Shown piece by piece: positions 1 through 7,308 of a stretch of DNA of 12,551 nt. The position numbers and the translations under genes are program-made. The stretch covers positions 1 to 12,551 of IMG/VR virus record IMGVR_UViG_2703719355_000002, one strand, 5' to 3'. The DNA comes from a virus. Its lineage: Duplodnaviria; Heunggongvirae; Uroviricota; Caudoviricetes. Positions within the stretch are counted from its first letter, which is position 1. Every line of letters starts with the position of its first letter. A model generated the notes under the pieces. It was not told the origin of the DNA, did not search any database, and saw only the letters and a program-made list of their open reading frames with translations.

Positions 1-184
1 GCATGATGTCTTTTCCGGTGTGTCCGTGACATACAGTCCATACACCAACGATATCTTTGTATGGTATGTAGCTGACACCTTCCAGACCATCGTTACCACT
101 TGGGCCAGTGATTAACACAGATGCTATAGCAATAGCCCCGCCACTTATCGCCGCTATTACGCTATTTCGTAGTGCCGGTGACAT
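1..184 (-). CDS. Phage endolysin, SAR-lysozyme type, N-terminal part only; ATG at 184..182, CDS runs off the left edge of the window
   Basis: Minus-strand translation from the ATG at 184 gives [61 protein letters not shown], which closely matches my recollection of the DLP12 lysozyme RrrD / phage 21 R N-terminus (Gly/Ala-rich signal-anchor-release segment followed by a T4-lysozyme-like catalytic region). Start overlaps the holin 3' end in another frame. Missing from the ORF track because it is truncated. Confidence 0.8.
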   Translation of the reverse strand, partial: MSPALRNSVIAAISGGAIAIASVLITGPSGNDGLEGVSYIPYKDIVGVWTVCHGHTGKDIM

Positions 185-365
185 TGCCATTCAATCTGTC
201 CTCGCGCTCTTTGCGCTTGTAGTACCAGTTGATGCCAAATGTGCCGACAGTACAAAGAATACCAATGATGACAGCCCAGTCATTCAGGGAGAGAATGCCA
301 CCCATCGCAGTCAGTCCTCCGAAGCTGTAACTGAACCATTCTCTGATTTTGTCCATACGGTACAT
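162..365 (-). CDS. Holin with dual-start motif (MYRMDK: Met1 and Met4 separated by Arg), likely pinholin partner of the SAR endolysin
   Basis: 67 aa with hydrophobic segments ([28 protein letters not shown]) and a charged C-terminal tail ([11 protein letters not shown]); sits immediately upstream of and overlapping the endolysin, downstream of the Q-like gene. Resembles lambdoid S-type holins (S21/EssD style) by architecture. Confidence 0.8.
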   Translation of the reverse strand: MYRMDKIREWFSYSFGGLTAMGGILSLNDWAVIIGILCTVGTFGINWYYKRKEREDRLNGNVTGTTK

Positions 366-776
366 GCTCTACCCCTTCATTGAGGGGATTTGCTCTATTT
401 ATTAGGAATAAGGTCGATTACTGATAGAACAAATCCAGGCTACTGTGTTTAGTAATCAGATTTGTTCGTGACCGATATGCACGGGCAAAACGGCAGGAGG
501 TTGTTAGCGCAGCCTCTTGCCACCTGCTTTCACGAAGGTCATGTGTAGAAGGCCGCAGCGTAACTATCACTGATGAATTCAGGATAGCCAGTGGCTACGG
601 CTCAGTTTGGGTTGTGCTGTTGCTGGGCGGCGATGACGCCTGTACGCATTTGGTGATCCGGTTCTGCTTCCGGCATTCGCTTAATTCAGCACAACGGAAA
701 GAGCACTTATGGCTCGCATCGCGGGAAAAAGCCCACGGTAGAGAGTCGAACTCTACAAATGCTCTTACCTGTTGTG

Positions 777-809
777 CAAACAAAAAAGCCCCGACGTTTA
801 TGCCGAGGC
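777..809 (-). terminator. Rho-independent terminator on the minus strand (tR'-like, ends a short late-leader transcript)
   Basis: Minus strand reads GCCUCGGC-AUAAAC-GUCGGGGC (8-bp stem with two G.U pairs) followed by UUUUUUGUUUG. Located about 160 bp downstream of the Q-like stop and about 400 bp upstream of the holin, like lambda tR'. Confidence 0.6.
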
Positions 810-915
810 TCTTACCTAATCTAGCCAGTATGTCGACCCTAAATATTATCGGCAACCGGGGAAATCAGGATTTCAATTTCGCTGCTCAGTTCGCTTTTGC
901 TCCGAGCATATACGA

Positions 916-944
916 AAAATACCACTTTCATTTCTCGGAAGCAA
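916..944 (-). promoter_or_regulatory. Candidate late promoter PR'-like (-35 TTGCTT at 944..939, 17-bp spacer, -10 TATTTT at 921..916)
   Basis: Hexamers read by eye on the minus strand between the Q-like stop (968) and the terminator at 777..809; position matches lambda PR'/qut. No experimental or computational scoring done. Confidence 0.3.
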
Positions 945-967
945 CGCATTTACAAAATTATTTCAGT

Positions 968-1582
968 TCAGGCCGCTATCAATGGAAATTCTTTCTCCAA
1001 TTCTCGTTTCATTGCATAAAACATTTCTGACTCCAGCACTTTCTCACACCACACCACTCGCTTACGACAATATTGAATATCAGCACCTGTTATATAAGAA
1101 ATCATCCTGGCTATATCTTGCGTGCAATTGCGATTGCAATATCGCTTAATAGCTACATCGCGGACGGGGCTTTCACGGTGAAAAGTCTTGACCATCACAC
1201 GTTCAACGAAAGCCGCATCATCTGATTCTTTGGCGAGAGTGATGATGTGGCTAAACGATGATTGAGGAATGACCAGTTCGCGAGCTTTCTTGTATAGCAC
1301 ATCTCCGCGCAGCCCATCTTCTTCGTACAGGCGCATGACGACAGACTCTATCTGCTTAGCCTTGTCATCGCTCCACTGACTGCGAATCATCAGACGACCG
1401 ATAACGTTAATTGCACCACCTGGAGAGCAATCTCCGGCATTAACCTTGCCCCATACCTGTAACATGTAATGAACCCATGCTTTCTGGCTAGAGTTGATGG
1501 TTTTCTTCGGGTGTCTCCATACGCGGCGAAAGTGCGCGTCATTAATGAAGTTAACCATGCTGAATACTGGAGTTAACCGCAT
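968..1582 (-). CDS. Putative late-gene antiterminator Q-like protein (204 aa from the ATG at 1582..1580)
   Basis: ORF-track ORF 968..1612; I place the start at internal Met11 (ATG 1582..1580) because it has a GGGAGG RBS 5 nt upstream and a TGATG overlap with the preceding small ORF stop. Assigned as Q by position (after rusA/nin genes, before late leader, terminator and lysis genes). I do not recognise the sequence as lambda Q or DLP12 QuuD, so the functional call is positional. Confidence 0.5.
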   Translation of the reverse strand: MRLTPVFSMVNFINDAHFRRVWRHPKKTINSSQKAWVHYMLQVWGKVNAGDCSPGGAINVIGRLMIRSQWSDDKAKQIESVVMRLYEEDGLRGDVLYKKARELVIPQSSFSHIITLAKESDDAAFVERVMVKTFHRESPVRDVAIKRYCNRNCTQDIARMISYITGADIQYCRKRVVWCEKVLESEMFYAMKRELEKEFPLIAA

Positions 1583-1725
1583 CAGACCTCCCATCCTTTG
1601 CAATGACACCACACTTCAAACATTCGTTTCACAACCTCACGGCAGTAGAAACCGCCAGTATCGCGGGTAAGATCGTAGCGATTGCCATAACGCTGGCGCA
1701 TATATCGTTCGAATGCTTTGTTCAT
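1582..1725 (-). CDS. Small hypothetical protein, 47 aa (MNKAFERYMRQRYGNRYDLTRDTGGFYCREVVKRMFEVWCHCKGWEV), possible Cys/His metal-binding
   Basis: Hand-translated; ATG 1725..1723 overlaps the rusA stop as ATGA and its TGA overlaps the Q-like ATG (TGATG). Fills the rusA-Q gap exactly; position corresponds to ylcG in DLP12. Below the ORF-track length cutoff. Confidence 0.5.
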   Translation of the reverse strand: MNKAFERYMRQRYGNRYDLTRDTGGFYCREVVKRMFEVWCHCKGWEV

Positions 1726-2084
1726 ACGTTCTCCAGTTCGGTGATTTTTATTCCAAGCCTTCCGCCTGGTACTTTCACACCACGAATTACGCGAATGTCA
1801 TCGAATTGCTCGTCGTCTTCCGCAAATCCGGCGTGGATAAGGGAGTCGAGTAAACCTTTCAGGATGTTATCGAGGTCGCGGCGGCGGGAGTCTGGAACGT
1901 CTGCGATGACTTTGATGCGGAGTCGTGATTTTGTGAAAATATCTAACTTGAGTTGGTGGATGATTTGCTGAACGTCTTTTCGGTATTTCTGGCCTTTATC
2001 GCTGATGTAGTATTGGCTTCCCCGTCTTCGCCAGTAGGTATTCAACGACGGCGGGTATGGAAGCACAAACTGATATTCGTTCAT
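1722..2084 (-). CDS. rusA: Holliday-junction resolvase RusA (crossover junction endodeoxyribonuclease)
   Basis: 120 aa; PPS.N.YY...., PD.RRRDLDN and GGRL motifs align with my recollection of E. coli RusA (MNTYSITLPWPPSNNRYY...PDRRRRDLDNLQKA...KGGRLELTITE). ATGA overlap with the upstream ybcO-like gene. Confidence 0.9.
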   Translation of the reverse strand: MNEYQFVLPYPPSLNTYWRRRGSQYYISDKGQKYRKDVQQIIHQLKLDIFTKSRLRIKVIADVPDSRRRDLDNILKGLLDSLIHAGFAEDDEQFDDIRVIRGVKVPGGRLGIKITELENV

Positions 2085-2371
2085 GACTTAATCTTCCCCT
2101 CCTTCAGCAGTATCGCCTGCGTCCTGATCACGCCTTCGAGGTGGTAAAGTCTGGCGTCTTTGTTGTCGAGAATCCTTGTGCGTCGGTCGATCTCCGCGTG
2201 GCAGTCACTACAAGCCCATGCGCCGATCAGGTCGTCAGGCTTCATCCCCGTTCCACAAATTCCAGCCATCCGGTAATGTGCCAGAACTGTAGTTTCAGGA
2301 TTGCCATTGCATACGCCGTAAATACGTACCTGGCATTCTCTGCCGCGCGCTTCTTTGCGTAGGTTAGCCAT
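2081..2371 (-). CDS. ybcO: YbcO-like DUF1364 protein (putative zinc-binding nuclease of nin regions)
   Basis: 96 aa; MANLRKEARGRECQVRIYGVCNGNPETTVLAHYR...CSDCHAEIDRRT matches my recollection of DLP12 YbcO (MADLRKAARGRECQVRIPGVCNGNPETSVLAH...CSACHDEIDRRT). GAGGGAAGG RBS; ATGGCTAA overlap with the upstream ORF stop. Confidence 0.8.
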   Translation of the reverse strand: MANLRKEARGRECQVRIYGVCNGNPETTVLAHYRMAGICGTGMKPDDLIGAWACSDCHAEIDRRTRILDNKDARLYHLEGVIRTQAILLKEGKIKS

Positions 2372-2576
2372 TTACCTTCCCTCGCAATTGAAGAATTGAC
2401 TGAAGGTCTTTTTTAATAAATATGCGAGTGCGAATTGAGCAGTAGTTTTCCTTCATTCTGGCGTAGTAATAGTCCTTTCTTTGCTTAAGTTTGTTGGCAT
2501 CCGCTGTCATCCAGTCTTTTACAGCAAACTTAATTAGCCAGCGGTGGCAGAGATACCATTTCAGGTAATCACTCAT
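2364..2576 (-). CDS. Hypothetical nin-region protein, 70 aa
   Basis: ORF in the same co-directional chain, start overlaps the ninF stop (ATGAGTGA). No family recognised. Confidence 0.45.
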   Translation of the reverse strand: MSDYLKWYLCHRWLIKFAVKDWMTADANKLKQRKDYYYARMKENYCSIRTRIFIKKDLQSILQLRGKVNG

Positions 2577-2739
2577 CGTCTTCTTCCTCGTACATTGAGC
2601 TATTCGGATCGCTCATCAGTTCTGCGCAGCAGTGCTCACACACGTGAACTTCCAGCACATGCAGCTTCTGACCGCAGTTAGCGCACGTTAAAGCTCGCTC
2701 GACGCTTTCTTGTTCGTAACTTCGATTTGGGTCAATCAC
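2569..2739 (-). CDS. ninF: NinF-like protein (start placed at GTG 2739..2737; alternative ATG at 2781 would give 70 aa)
   Basis: C-terminal [38 protein letters not shown]...EEEDD matches my recollection of lambda NinF. The GTG start has a GAGGA RBS 7 nt upstream and a GTGA overlap with the ninE stop; the ATG at 2781 would overlap ninE by 46 nt. Confidence 0.6.
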   Translation of the reverse strand: MIDPNRSYEQESVERALTCANCGQKLHVLEVHVCEHCCAELMSDPNSSMYEEEDDE

Positions 2740-2918
2740 CTTGTATTCCTCGCACGATGTCTTAGCCACCGGATATCCCACAGGTGAGCCGTGTAGTTGA
2801 AGGTTTTTACGTCAGATTCTTTCGGGATTGGCTTGCGTTTATTTCTGTAGCGTTTCGTTGGAAGGTATTTGCAGTTTTCGCAGATTATGTCGGTGATACT
2901 TCGTCGCTGTCGCCTCAT
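2736..2918 (-). CDS. ninE: NinE-like protein (60 aa from internal ATG 2918..2916)
   Basis: [60 protein letters not shown] matches my recollection of lambda NinE almost residue for residue. ATGA overlap with the dam stop. The longer ORF-track version (start 3008) lies inside dam and is rejected. Confidence 0.75.
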   Translation of the reverse strand: MRRQRRSITDIICENCKYLPTKRYRNKRKPIPKESDVKTFNYTAHLWDIRWLRHRARNTR

Positions 2919-3445
2919 GCCGCCCTCCTGACGCCATGCCCGATTGCCATCAATGCCGCTTTGGATACGGTAGTAAACATCCGTCGAGGACTGATGAACG
3001 GTCGCCAAATCAGCAGCATGGAGCCTTTGCTGTTTCCCTTCTTCTCCAGCCCTGTCGATGGTTCGATAAAATTAATCCGTCCATCAGTGATGATGCGAAC
3101 TTCGTCGACACTCTCCAGAGCCTTGCTGAACCATCCGACTGACATATCCTCTGGCACAAGCATCACTACCGTCTGTCGCTGTTGTATGCACTGCTCAGCG
3201 GTTTTTTCCACCCACGGCCTGATATTGCTGTACGGTGGGTTATTCCAGATTGCACCGTGGCTTATCCACTCAGAATTGAGCGCGTCGTCGACCTCAGTTA
3301 GCCAGTGAGCGCACAGAGCGTTTTTGTCGCTCGCAGCTGAATCCAGCCAGAATCCAAACTCAATATCCAGTGCATCAAAAAGCCAAAGCGGCGTTTGCCA
3401 GCAGTCTCTAACTTCTTTTGGTGTTTCTGATTTATGCTTAATCAT
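2915..3445 (-). CDS. Phage DNA N6-adenine methyltransferase (phage Dam family)
   Basis: 176 aa with the NPPY catalytic motif ([10 protein letters not shown]) and the N-terminal [12 protein letters not shown]...FGF..DSAAS signature typical of phage Dam-type MTases in nin regions. GAGGG RBS; ATGA overlap with the HNH gene stop. Confidence 0.85.
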   Translation of the reverse strand: MIKHKSETPKEVRDCWQTPLWLFDALDIEFGFWLDSAASDKNALCAHWLTEVDDALNSEWISHGAIWNNPPYSNIRPWVEKTAEQCIQQRQTVVMLVPEDMSVGWFSKALESVDEVRIITDGRINFIEPSTGLEKKGNSKGSMLLIWRPFISPRRMFTTVSKAALMAIGHGVRRAA

Positions 3446-3969
3446 TCAACCCTCGCATATTGTCCGTGATATTTGTTGATAGCCTCACTGGCAACCAAAC
3501 CAGCAAGCTCAAGATCTTCATAGAACCCAAAATGCAACCGGCCAAAATCTGTGCGCACTTGAACGGCCCATTTATTTTTTTGCTTGTTCCATAAAACATT
3601 TTTTATTCCAGAACGGCTATTGCACTTAGTTTTCTGATTTCGGCTGTTTGCTATCCGGCTTGCCTCCCTAAGATTTTTTGGGGAATTGTCCAGCCTGTTT
3701 CCGTTAATATGGTCAATATTTTTCAATGGCATTCTTTTGTTGTGCAGCGCAAAAACAACTACGTGAACAAACATCTGAATGCCTGCAAAACACACCTGTC
3801 TATACCCAGATCCATTTATCGATGTTTTAATTTCATCTCCGGCCCGGTGGCTGTGGTTGGGGTGTTTTAGCGAGTCCTTTTTGTATCTGACTGTATCTCC
3901 GTCTAAATACAGATAATCCTCAATAAGCCGATACCTATCTGACGCTGGCGTATTTGATTTGATAGTCAT
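3442..3969 (-). CDS. HNH homing endonuclease (HNH plus AP2-like DNA-binding C-terminus), 175 aa from ATG 3969..3967
   Basis: His-Asn-His motif region HVVVFALHNKRMPLKNIDHINGNRLDNSPKNLREASRIANSRN; C-terminal KNVLWNKQKNKWAVQV...HFGFYEDLELA resembles AP2-domain tails of phage HNH endonucleases. ATGA overlap with the preceding HNH gene; GGGGAGA RBS. Confidence 0.8.
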   Translation of the reverse strand: MTIKSNTPASDRYRLIEDYLYLDGDTVRYKKDSLKHPNHSHRAGDEIKTSINGSGYRQVCFAGIQMFVHVVVFALHNKRMPLKNIDHINGNRLDNSPKNLREASRIANSRNQKTKCNSRSGIKNVLWNKQKNKWAVQVRTDFGRLHFGFYEDLELAGLVASEAINKYHGQYARVE

Positions 3970-4568
3970 GCAGCACTGTCTCCCCATCTCGCTTTCATTG
4001 TTTCATTTGCAAATCGCCAGAATCTTCCTTTGTGATATGAGCTTTCGCCATTACAGCAACGACTAATTGACGAACTATCAAATCCTTCTCTGACAGCATC
4101 CATAGCTGCTTCATAATAAACCTCCTCCCCAGTTTTCATGTCAGTAGAAATAACGGCTTTACTGGCAGGGTGATCACCACTAAATTTACCTAGCGATATA
4201 GGTATTCTTCCATTTTGTTTATATCCGTGCTTTGAGTTTTCAGAATGAGATACCCATTCAAGGTTTTCAGCCCTATTGTCATCTCTTTGCCCATTTTTGT
4301 GATTAACTACCAAGCCATCACAGAACCCTGTACAGAATGCTTTCGCAACTATCCTGTGGGCGCTGTATTTCTTACCGTATACCTTTATTTGAAGATATCC
4401 TGTCGACTTGCACTTGAATGGTTTTACGCTAGTGCCATTAATTATTTTCTTATATGGCCTCTGTCTGGTTGATGTTACTGTAATTTCCCTCGCAATAGAC
4501 CTGAAATTTCCTTTATTGCTAACCTGATAAAATGGAATTCCTTCGATATCTACCCAAACCTCAATCAT
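3966..4568 (-). CDS. HNH homing endonuclease (NUMOD4-like N-terminus plus HNH), 200 aa
   Basis: N-terminal EVWVDIEGIPFYQVSNKGNFRS (NUMOD4-like), HRIVAKAF and VNHKNGQRDDNRAENLEWVSHSEN (HNH motif). GGAGGAATT RBS; start overlaps the ninB stop. Confidence 0.8.
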   Translation of the reverse strand: MIEVWVDIEGIPFYQVSNKGNFRSIAREITVTSTRQRPYKKIINGTSVKPFKCKSTGYLQIKVYGKKYSAHRIVAKAFCTGFCDGLVVNHKNGQRDDNRAENLEWVSHSENSKHGYKQNGRIPISLGKFSGDHPASKAVISTDMKTGEEVYYEAAMDAVREGFDSSSISRCCNGESSYHKGRFWRFANETMKARWGDSAA

Positions 4569-4977
4569 AATTCCTCCATTCGCTAAGATGAATTGAGTTC
4601 ATGGCACAATATGCTTCTATGTAGTCCATTATTTCGGATATTTTTTTTACAGATAGAGTCGCCGTACTCTCTCTGATGTTTATTAGCTCACCTTCTAACC
4701 CTGATATAATCTCAGGGTGCTGGTTGGTTGCAATCTGCCAACCAGAAACGAATAACCCCTTCCAAAACTCAATATTTCTTGCTTTTCCATGATATGTAGC
4801 CTTCTTACTTATTTCAGATAGCATCGCGTGAAGGCGTGCATTTTGCCGAATGCTGCGGTTGCGTTCCTGAATGGTTACTACGATTGGTTTGGTTGGGTCT
4901 GGAAGGATTTGCTGTACTGCGTGAATAGCGTTTTGCTGATGTGCCGGAGATCGAATTTCAAAGGTTAGCTTTTTCAT
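4561..4977 (-). CDS. ninB: NinB (Orf-family recombination mediator), 138 aa from ATG 4977..4975
   Basis: MKKLTFEIRSPAHQQNAIHAVQQILPDPTKPIVVTIQERNRS matches my recollection of the lambda NinB N-terminus; the C-terminal half diverges but keeps a similar pattern. GGGAGAGGGAAG RBS. The ORF-track start at 4995 is judged too far upstream. Confidence 0.85.
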   Translation of the reverse strand: MKKLTFEIRSPAHQQNAIHAVQQILPDPTKPIVVTIQERNRSIRQNARLHAMLSEISKKATYHGKARNIEFWKGLFVSGWQIATNQHPEIISGLEGELINIRESTATLSVKKISEIMDYIEAYCAMNSIHLSEWRNYD

Positions 4978-5054
4978 GACTTCCCTCTCCCCCAAATAAA
5001 AAGGCCTGCGATTACCAGCAGGCCTGTTACAAGCTCAGTGATGTAGATGGTCAT
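4974..5054 (-). CDS. Candidate 26-aa hydrophobic micro-protein (MTIYITELVTGLLVIAGLFIWGRGKS)
   Basis: Hand-translated; ATG overlaps the upstream gene stop (ATGA) and its TGA overlaps the ninB ATG (ATGA), so it fills the intergenic gap exactly. Single predicted TM segment. The same DNA also folds as a hairpin followed by a T-run on the minus strand, so it could instead be a terminator. Confidence 0.3.
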   Translation of the reverse strand: MTIYITELVTGLLVIAGLFIWGRGKS

Positions 5055-5320
5055 TGCTTCATCTCCCTTTCCATTTCATCAATGTCAACGTCATCAGGAA
5101 GATGGGAGCAATACGCCGCTATACCATGATGATTTATCTCATACCCTTTGAACGTTACCATCTGGTGCGTAATCTCAACTTCGTTCAGGAATCCGTCATC
5201 GCATAACTGCCTGGCTATTTTCGATTTGGTCTGGATTATTGGTAGTGCCTGTTCTTTCAAAGCGCATGATATTTGTGCATCCCATGCCTTTTCGAGAATG
5301 GCTAATTGTTTTTTATTCAT
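5051..5320 (-). CDS. Hypothetical protein, 89 aa (position of lambda ren, not recognisably Ren)
   Basis: GGAG RBS 6 nt upstream; start ATG abuts the primase-helicase stop (TAA at 5321..5323). Acidic C-terminus (DDVDIDEMEREMKQ). No family recognised. Confidence 0.6.
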   Translation of the reverse strand: MNKKQLAILEKAWDAQISCALKEQALPIIQTKSKIARQLCDDGFLNEVEITHQMVTFKGYEINHHGIAAYCSHLPDDVDIDEMEREMKQ

Positions 5321-7201
5321 TTAATACTCCGTCACGTTTTCCTGTCGCCACGCCTCGTCATATTCCGATTTCGGCATATTGGCGATGTAGCTATATGGCG
5401 ATCCTGATTCAAGTTGCAGGAACTGGTGCGATTGCTCGTCAAGGAACAACGGGACACCACCTTCCCAACCTTCGCCGTTACGTTGTTTTTCAAGCATCAA
5501 AACAGATGCCGGAGATGCCAGTAGCTGTTCGTCCTTCTCTGACATCTTTTCACCACTCTGAACTCTCTGTAACGCTCTCTCGCGAGCCTTGTTACGCCAG
5601 ATGATGAAAAGGTTGTCTGTCAGGTCTGTTATCGCTCCAGAGCCTTTTACGTCCATTTTCCCGGTTGGTTTTTCTTCGCTGTCTCCTTTTCGCGAGTGAG
5701 TAACGAGAATGACGTGGGAGTTTGTTTTGTTTTTGAAGTCGCAAATCGAGTCAACAAAAGCCTTCTGCCCGTTATAGTCATCGTCGCCTATGCCACATTT
5801 CATCAGGCTGTCGATGATGAATAACTGGATCCCGTATCGGCGGCGAGCGTAGTCGAATATTTCGATCAGCCTGTCGGCTTTCGCCGTTCCGGTCAGGCCA
5901 AACACCCAAAGTCTTTCGTCATAAAATTTAAATGCAGAGTCAATTTCCAGCACTGGCGGCATCTTGCAGCACGTCGCCTGACGGGTAAGGCGCTTAAGGA
6001 GAATACCAGGCTTCAGCTCAAGTGACGCGATGCACGTCTTCACTCCCTGACGCATTGCCTCAAGTGCCATATGCCCGACAACCTCCGTTTTTCCGTGACC
6101 GTTCACACCATTGACCAGCGTCAACTCTGCCTCACGGAACTGGAATTTATCTGCCAGAGATTCCCACGGTGGATTAAACAGATACTGCTGCTTGCCGTAG
6201 AAAGCGTTGATAGTGTCCTGGTAAAACTCTCGCGCACTGTAGAGTTCTTCAGGATCGAAGTAGGATGCCGTGCCGATGTACTGCCAGATTTCATCCTCGG
6301 TAACACCGTTCATCAGGCATTCGTTGATGTCTTTGTACGGCAGAGTAACAAGACGGCAACGATGTTCACCGAGTCGGCTTGCGATTTCCCTTGCGGCTTC
6401 ACGACCAACATCATCAACGTCCATCGAGATGAATATTTCCTCAAACCTGTCGAGGTTGTGGTACTCAAACTCAATCCACTGTTGCTTAGCGCCTTTCCCT
6501 CCACCAAACGGCACGGATAACGCCGAGATGCCGTATTGCGCATAGCTCATACAATCAATTTCGCCTTCGCAAAGTACAACCGCCCTCACGCCAGCGTCCA
6601 GAGCCTGCCATCCGAACAGACAAGGTTCGCAATCACCTTCTGCCATAATGACTTTCTTCCCGTCCGGGCGCTCAGTGCTGATTCGCTTGACCTGCAACAA
6701 CTCACCATCGCGTTTGTACGGAAGCACCAGTGCATCAAGTTCTCGTTCTCCATTCCACACCTTGCCGCTGACAACCTCGTAGCGCTTTACGACTTCTGGC
6801 GATATGCCACGCGATTGCAGGTACTCAAGATGGGATTCTGTTCTGGTAACGTAGCGGGCGATTTTCTTGCGGTCAGGTCTGGAGAATTTCTTCTCACGTT
6901 TGGCATCGAAATGGTGATCGTCATCCTTGATACCGAGAAATGCTTTCGCTTCCTGCATAGCCTGATGCAGGTTAATTCCACGACATGCCATCCACAAATC
7001 AAGCATGTCACCGCCGTCTCCCTCAGCGAAATCAGCCCATTTTTTCTTGCCGCTAAGGTTGACCTTAAGGCTGTTTCCCTTGTCACCGTTGACGTTACCG
7101 GCAACCCACTCATGCCCCTCTTTCTTGCCGTTTGGCAACAGGTGCGGAGCCACCCTGTCAACCTGCGCCCAAAGCAGGTCGCTGAGTTCACTTGGCCTCA
7201 T
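5321..7201 (-). CDS. Bifunctional DNA primase-helicase (Toprim primase domain plus DnaB/RecA-like helicase domain)
   Basis: 626 aa. Toprim signature: VVLCEGEIDCMSYAQYG ... ISMDVDDVGREAA. Helicase: Walker A GVNGHGKT, Walker B-like LFIIDSLMKC, ILVTHSRKG. GAGGGA RBS. Sits in the lambda P position downstream of the initiator. Confidence 0.9.
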   Translation of the reverse strand: MRPSELSDLLWAQVDRVAPHLLPNGKKEGHEWVAGNVNGDKGNSLKVNLSGKKKWADFAEGDGGDMLDLWMACRGINLHQAMQEAKAFLGIKDDDHHFDAKREKKFSRPDRKKIARYVTRTESHLEYLQSRGISPEVVKRYEVVSGKVWNGERELDALVLPYKRDGELLQVKRISTERPDGKKVIMAEGDCEPCLFGWQALDAGVRAVVLCEGEIDCMSYAQYGISALSVPFGGGKGAKQQWIEFEYHNLDRFEEIFISMDVDDVGREAAREIASRLGEHRCRLVTLPYKDINECLMNGVTEDEIWQYIGTASYFDPEELYSAREFYQDTINAFYGKQQYLFNPPWESLADKFQFREAELTLVNGVNGHGKTEVVGHMALEAMRQGVKTCIASLELKPGILLKRLTRQATCCKMPPVLEIDSAFKFYDERLWVFGLTGTAKADRLIEIFDYARRRYGIQLFIIDSLMKCGIGDDDYNGQKAFVDSICDFKNKTNSHVILVTHSRKGDSEEKPTGKMDVKGSGAITDLTDNLFIIWRNKARERALQRVQSGEKMSEKDEQLLASPASVLMLEKQRNGEGWEGGVPLFLDEQSHQFLQLESGSPYSYIANMPKSEYDEAWRQENVTEY

Positions 7202-7305
7202 GATTCCCTCAGATTGAGATTTTTAAACCAGAAATCGACAAACGAAATACTTAACCAGCCGTGGTTATAACCAGCGACCAGTAGCGATTTGATTTTTGAT
7301 TTCAT
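7198..7305 (-). CDS. Candidate 35-aa micro-ORF (MKSKIKSLLVAGYNHGWLSISFVDFWFKNLNLRES)
   Basis: Hand-translated; AGGTGA RBS 4 nt upstream, stop TGA overlaps the primase-helicase ATG (ATGA). Fills the initiator-primase gap. Confidence 0.3.
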   Translation of the reverse strand: MKSKIKSLLVAGYNHGWLSISFVDFWFKNLNLRES

Positions 7306-7308
7306 GGT

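Noticed and set aside
108-383. Plus-strand ORF (91 aa) from the ORF track
   Set aside because: Lies entirely antisense to the holin and endolysin, which have strong similarity support; judged a shadow ORF.
738-770. tRNA-like T-arm hairpin (minus strand GTAGAG-TTCGACT-CTCTAC)
   Set aside because: The loop resembles a T-loop, but no complementary acceptor stem, D-arm or anticodon arm could be built around it by hand; not called as a tRNA. A tRNA scanner would settle it.
366-967. Shiga-toxin or other cargo between Q and the holin
   Set aside because: The interval is only about 600 bp with no ORF of meaningful length on the minus strand; too small for stx-type cargo.
614-1030. Plus-strand ORF (138 aa) in the Q-S interval
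   Set aside because: No RBS, spans the predicted late promoter/terminator region and runs antisense into the Q-like 3' end; the region is better explained as the late leader.
1603-1971. Plus-strand ORF (122 aa)
   Set aside because: Antisense to rusA and the small ORF; Ser/Arg-rich low-complexity translation typical of shadow frames.
2784-3308. Plus-strand ORFs 2784..3308 and 2936..3142
   Set aside because: Antisense to the Dam methyltransferase and ninE, which are supported by motifs.
4994-5025. Minus-strand intrinsic terminator (AGGCCTGC-loop-GCAGGCC plus T-run) between the 89-aa gene and ninB
   Set aside because: Not listed as a separate feature because the same bases encode the hydrophobic core of the candidate 26-aa micro-protein and a terminator here would interrupt an otherwise tightly coupled operon; the two readings cannot be separated from sequence alone.
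5239-7270. Plus-strand ORFs 5239..5604, 6071..6520, 6270..6545 and 6536..7270, and minus-frame ORFs 6121..6306, 6313..6543, 6586..6774 and 6787..7191
   Set aside because: All lie within or antisense to the 626-aa primase-helicase ORF, which has clear Toprim and Walker motifs; alternative frames are low-complexity.
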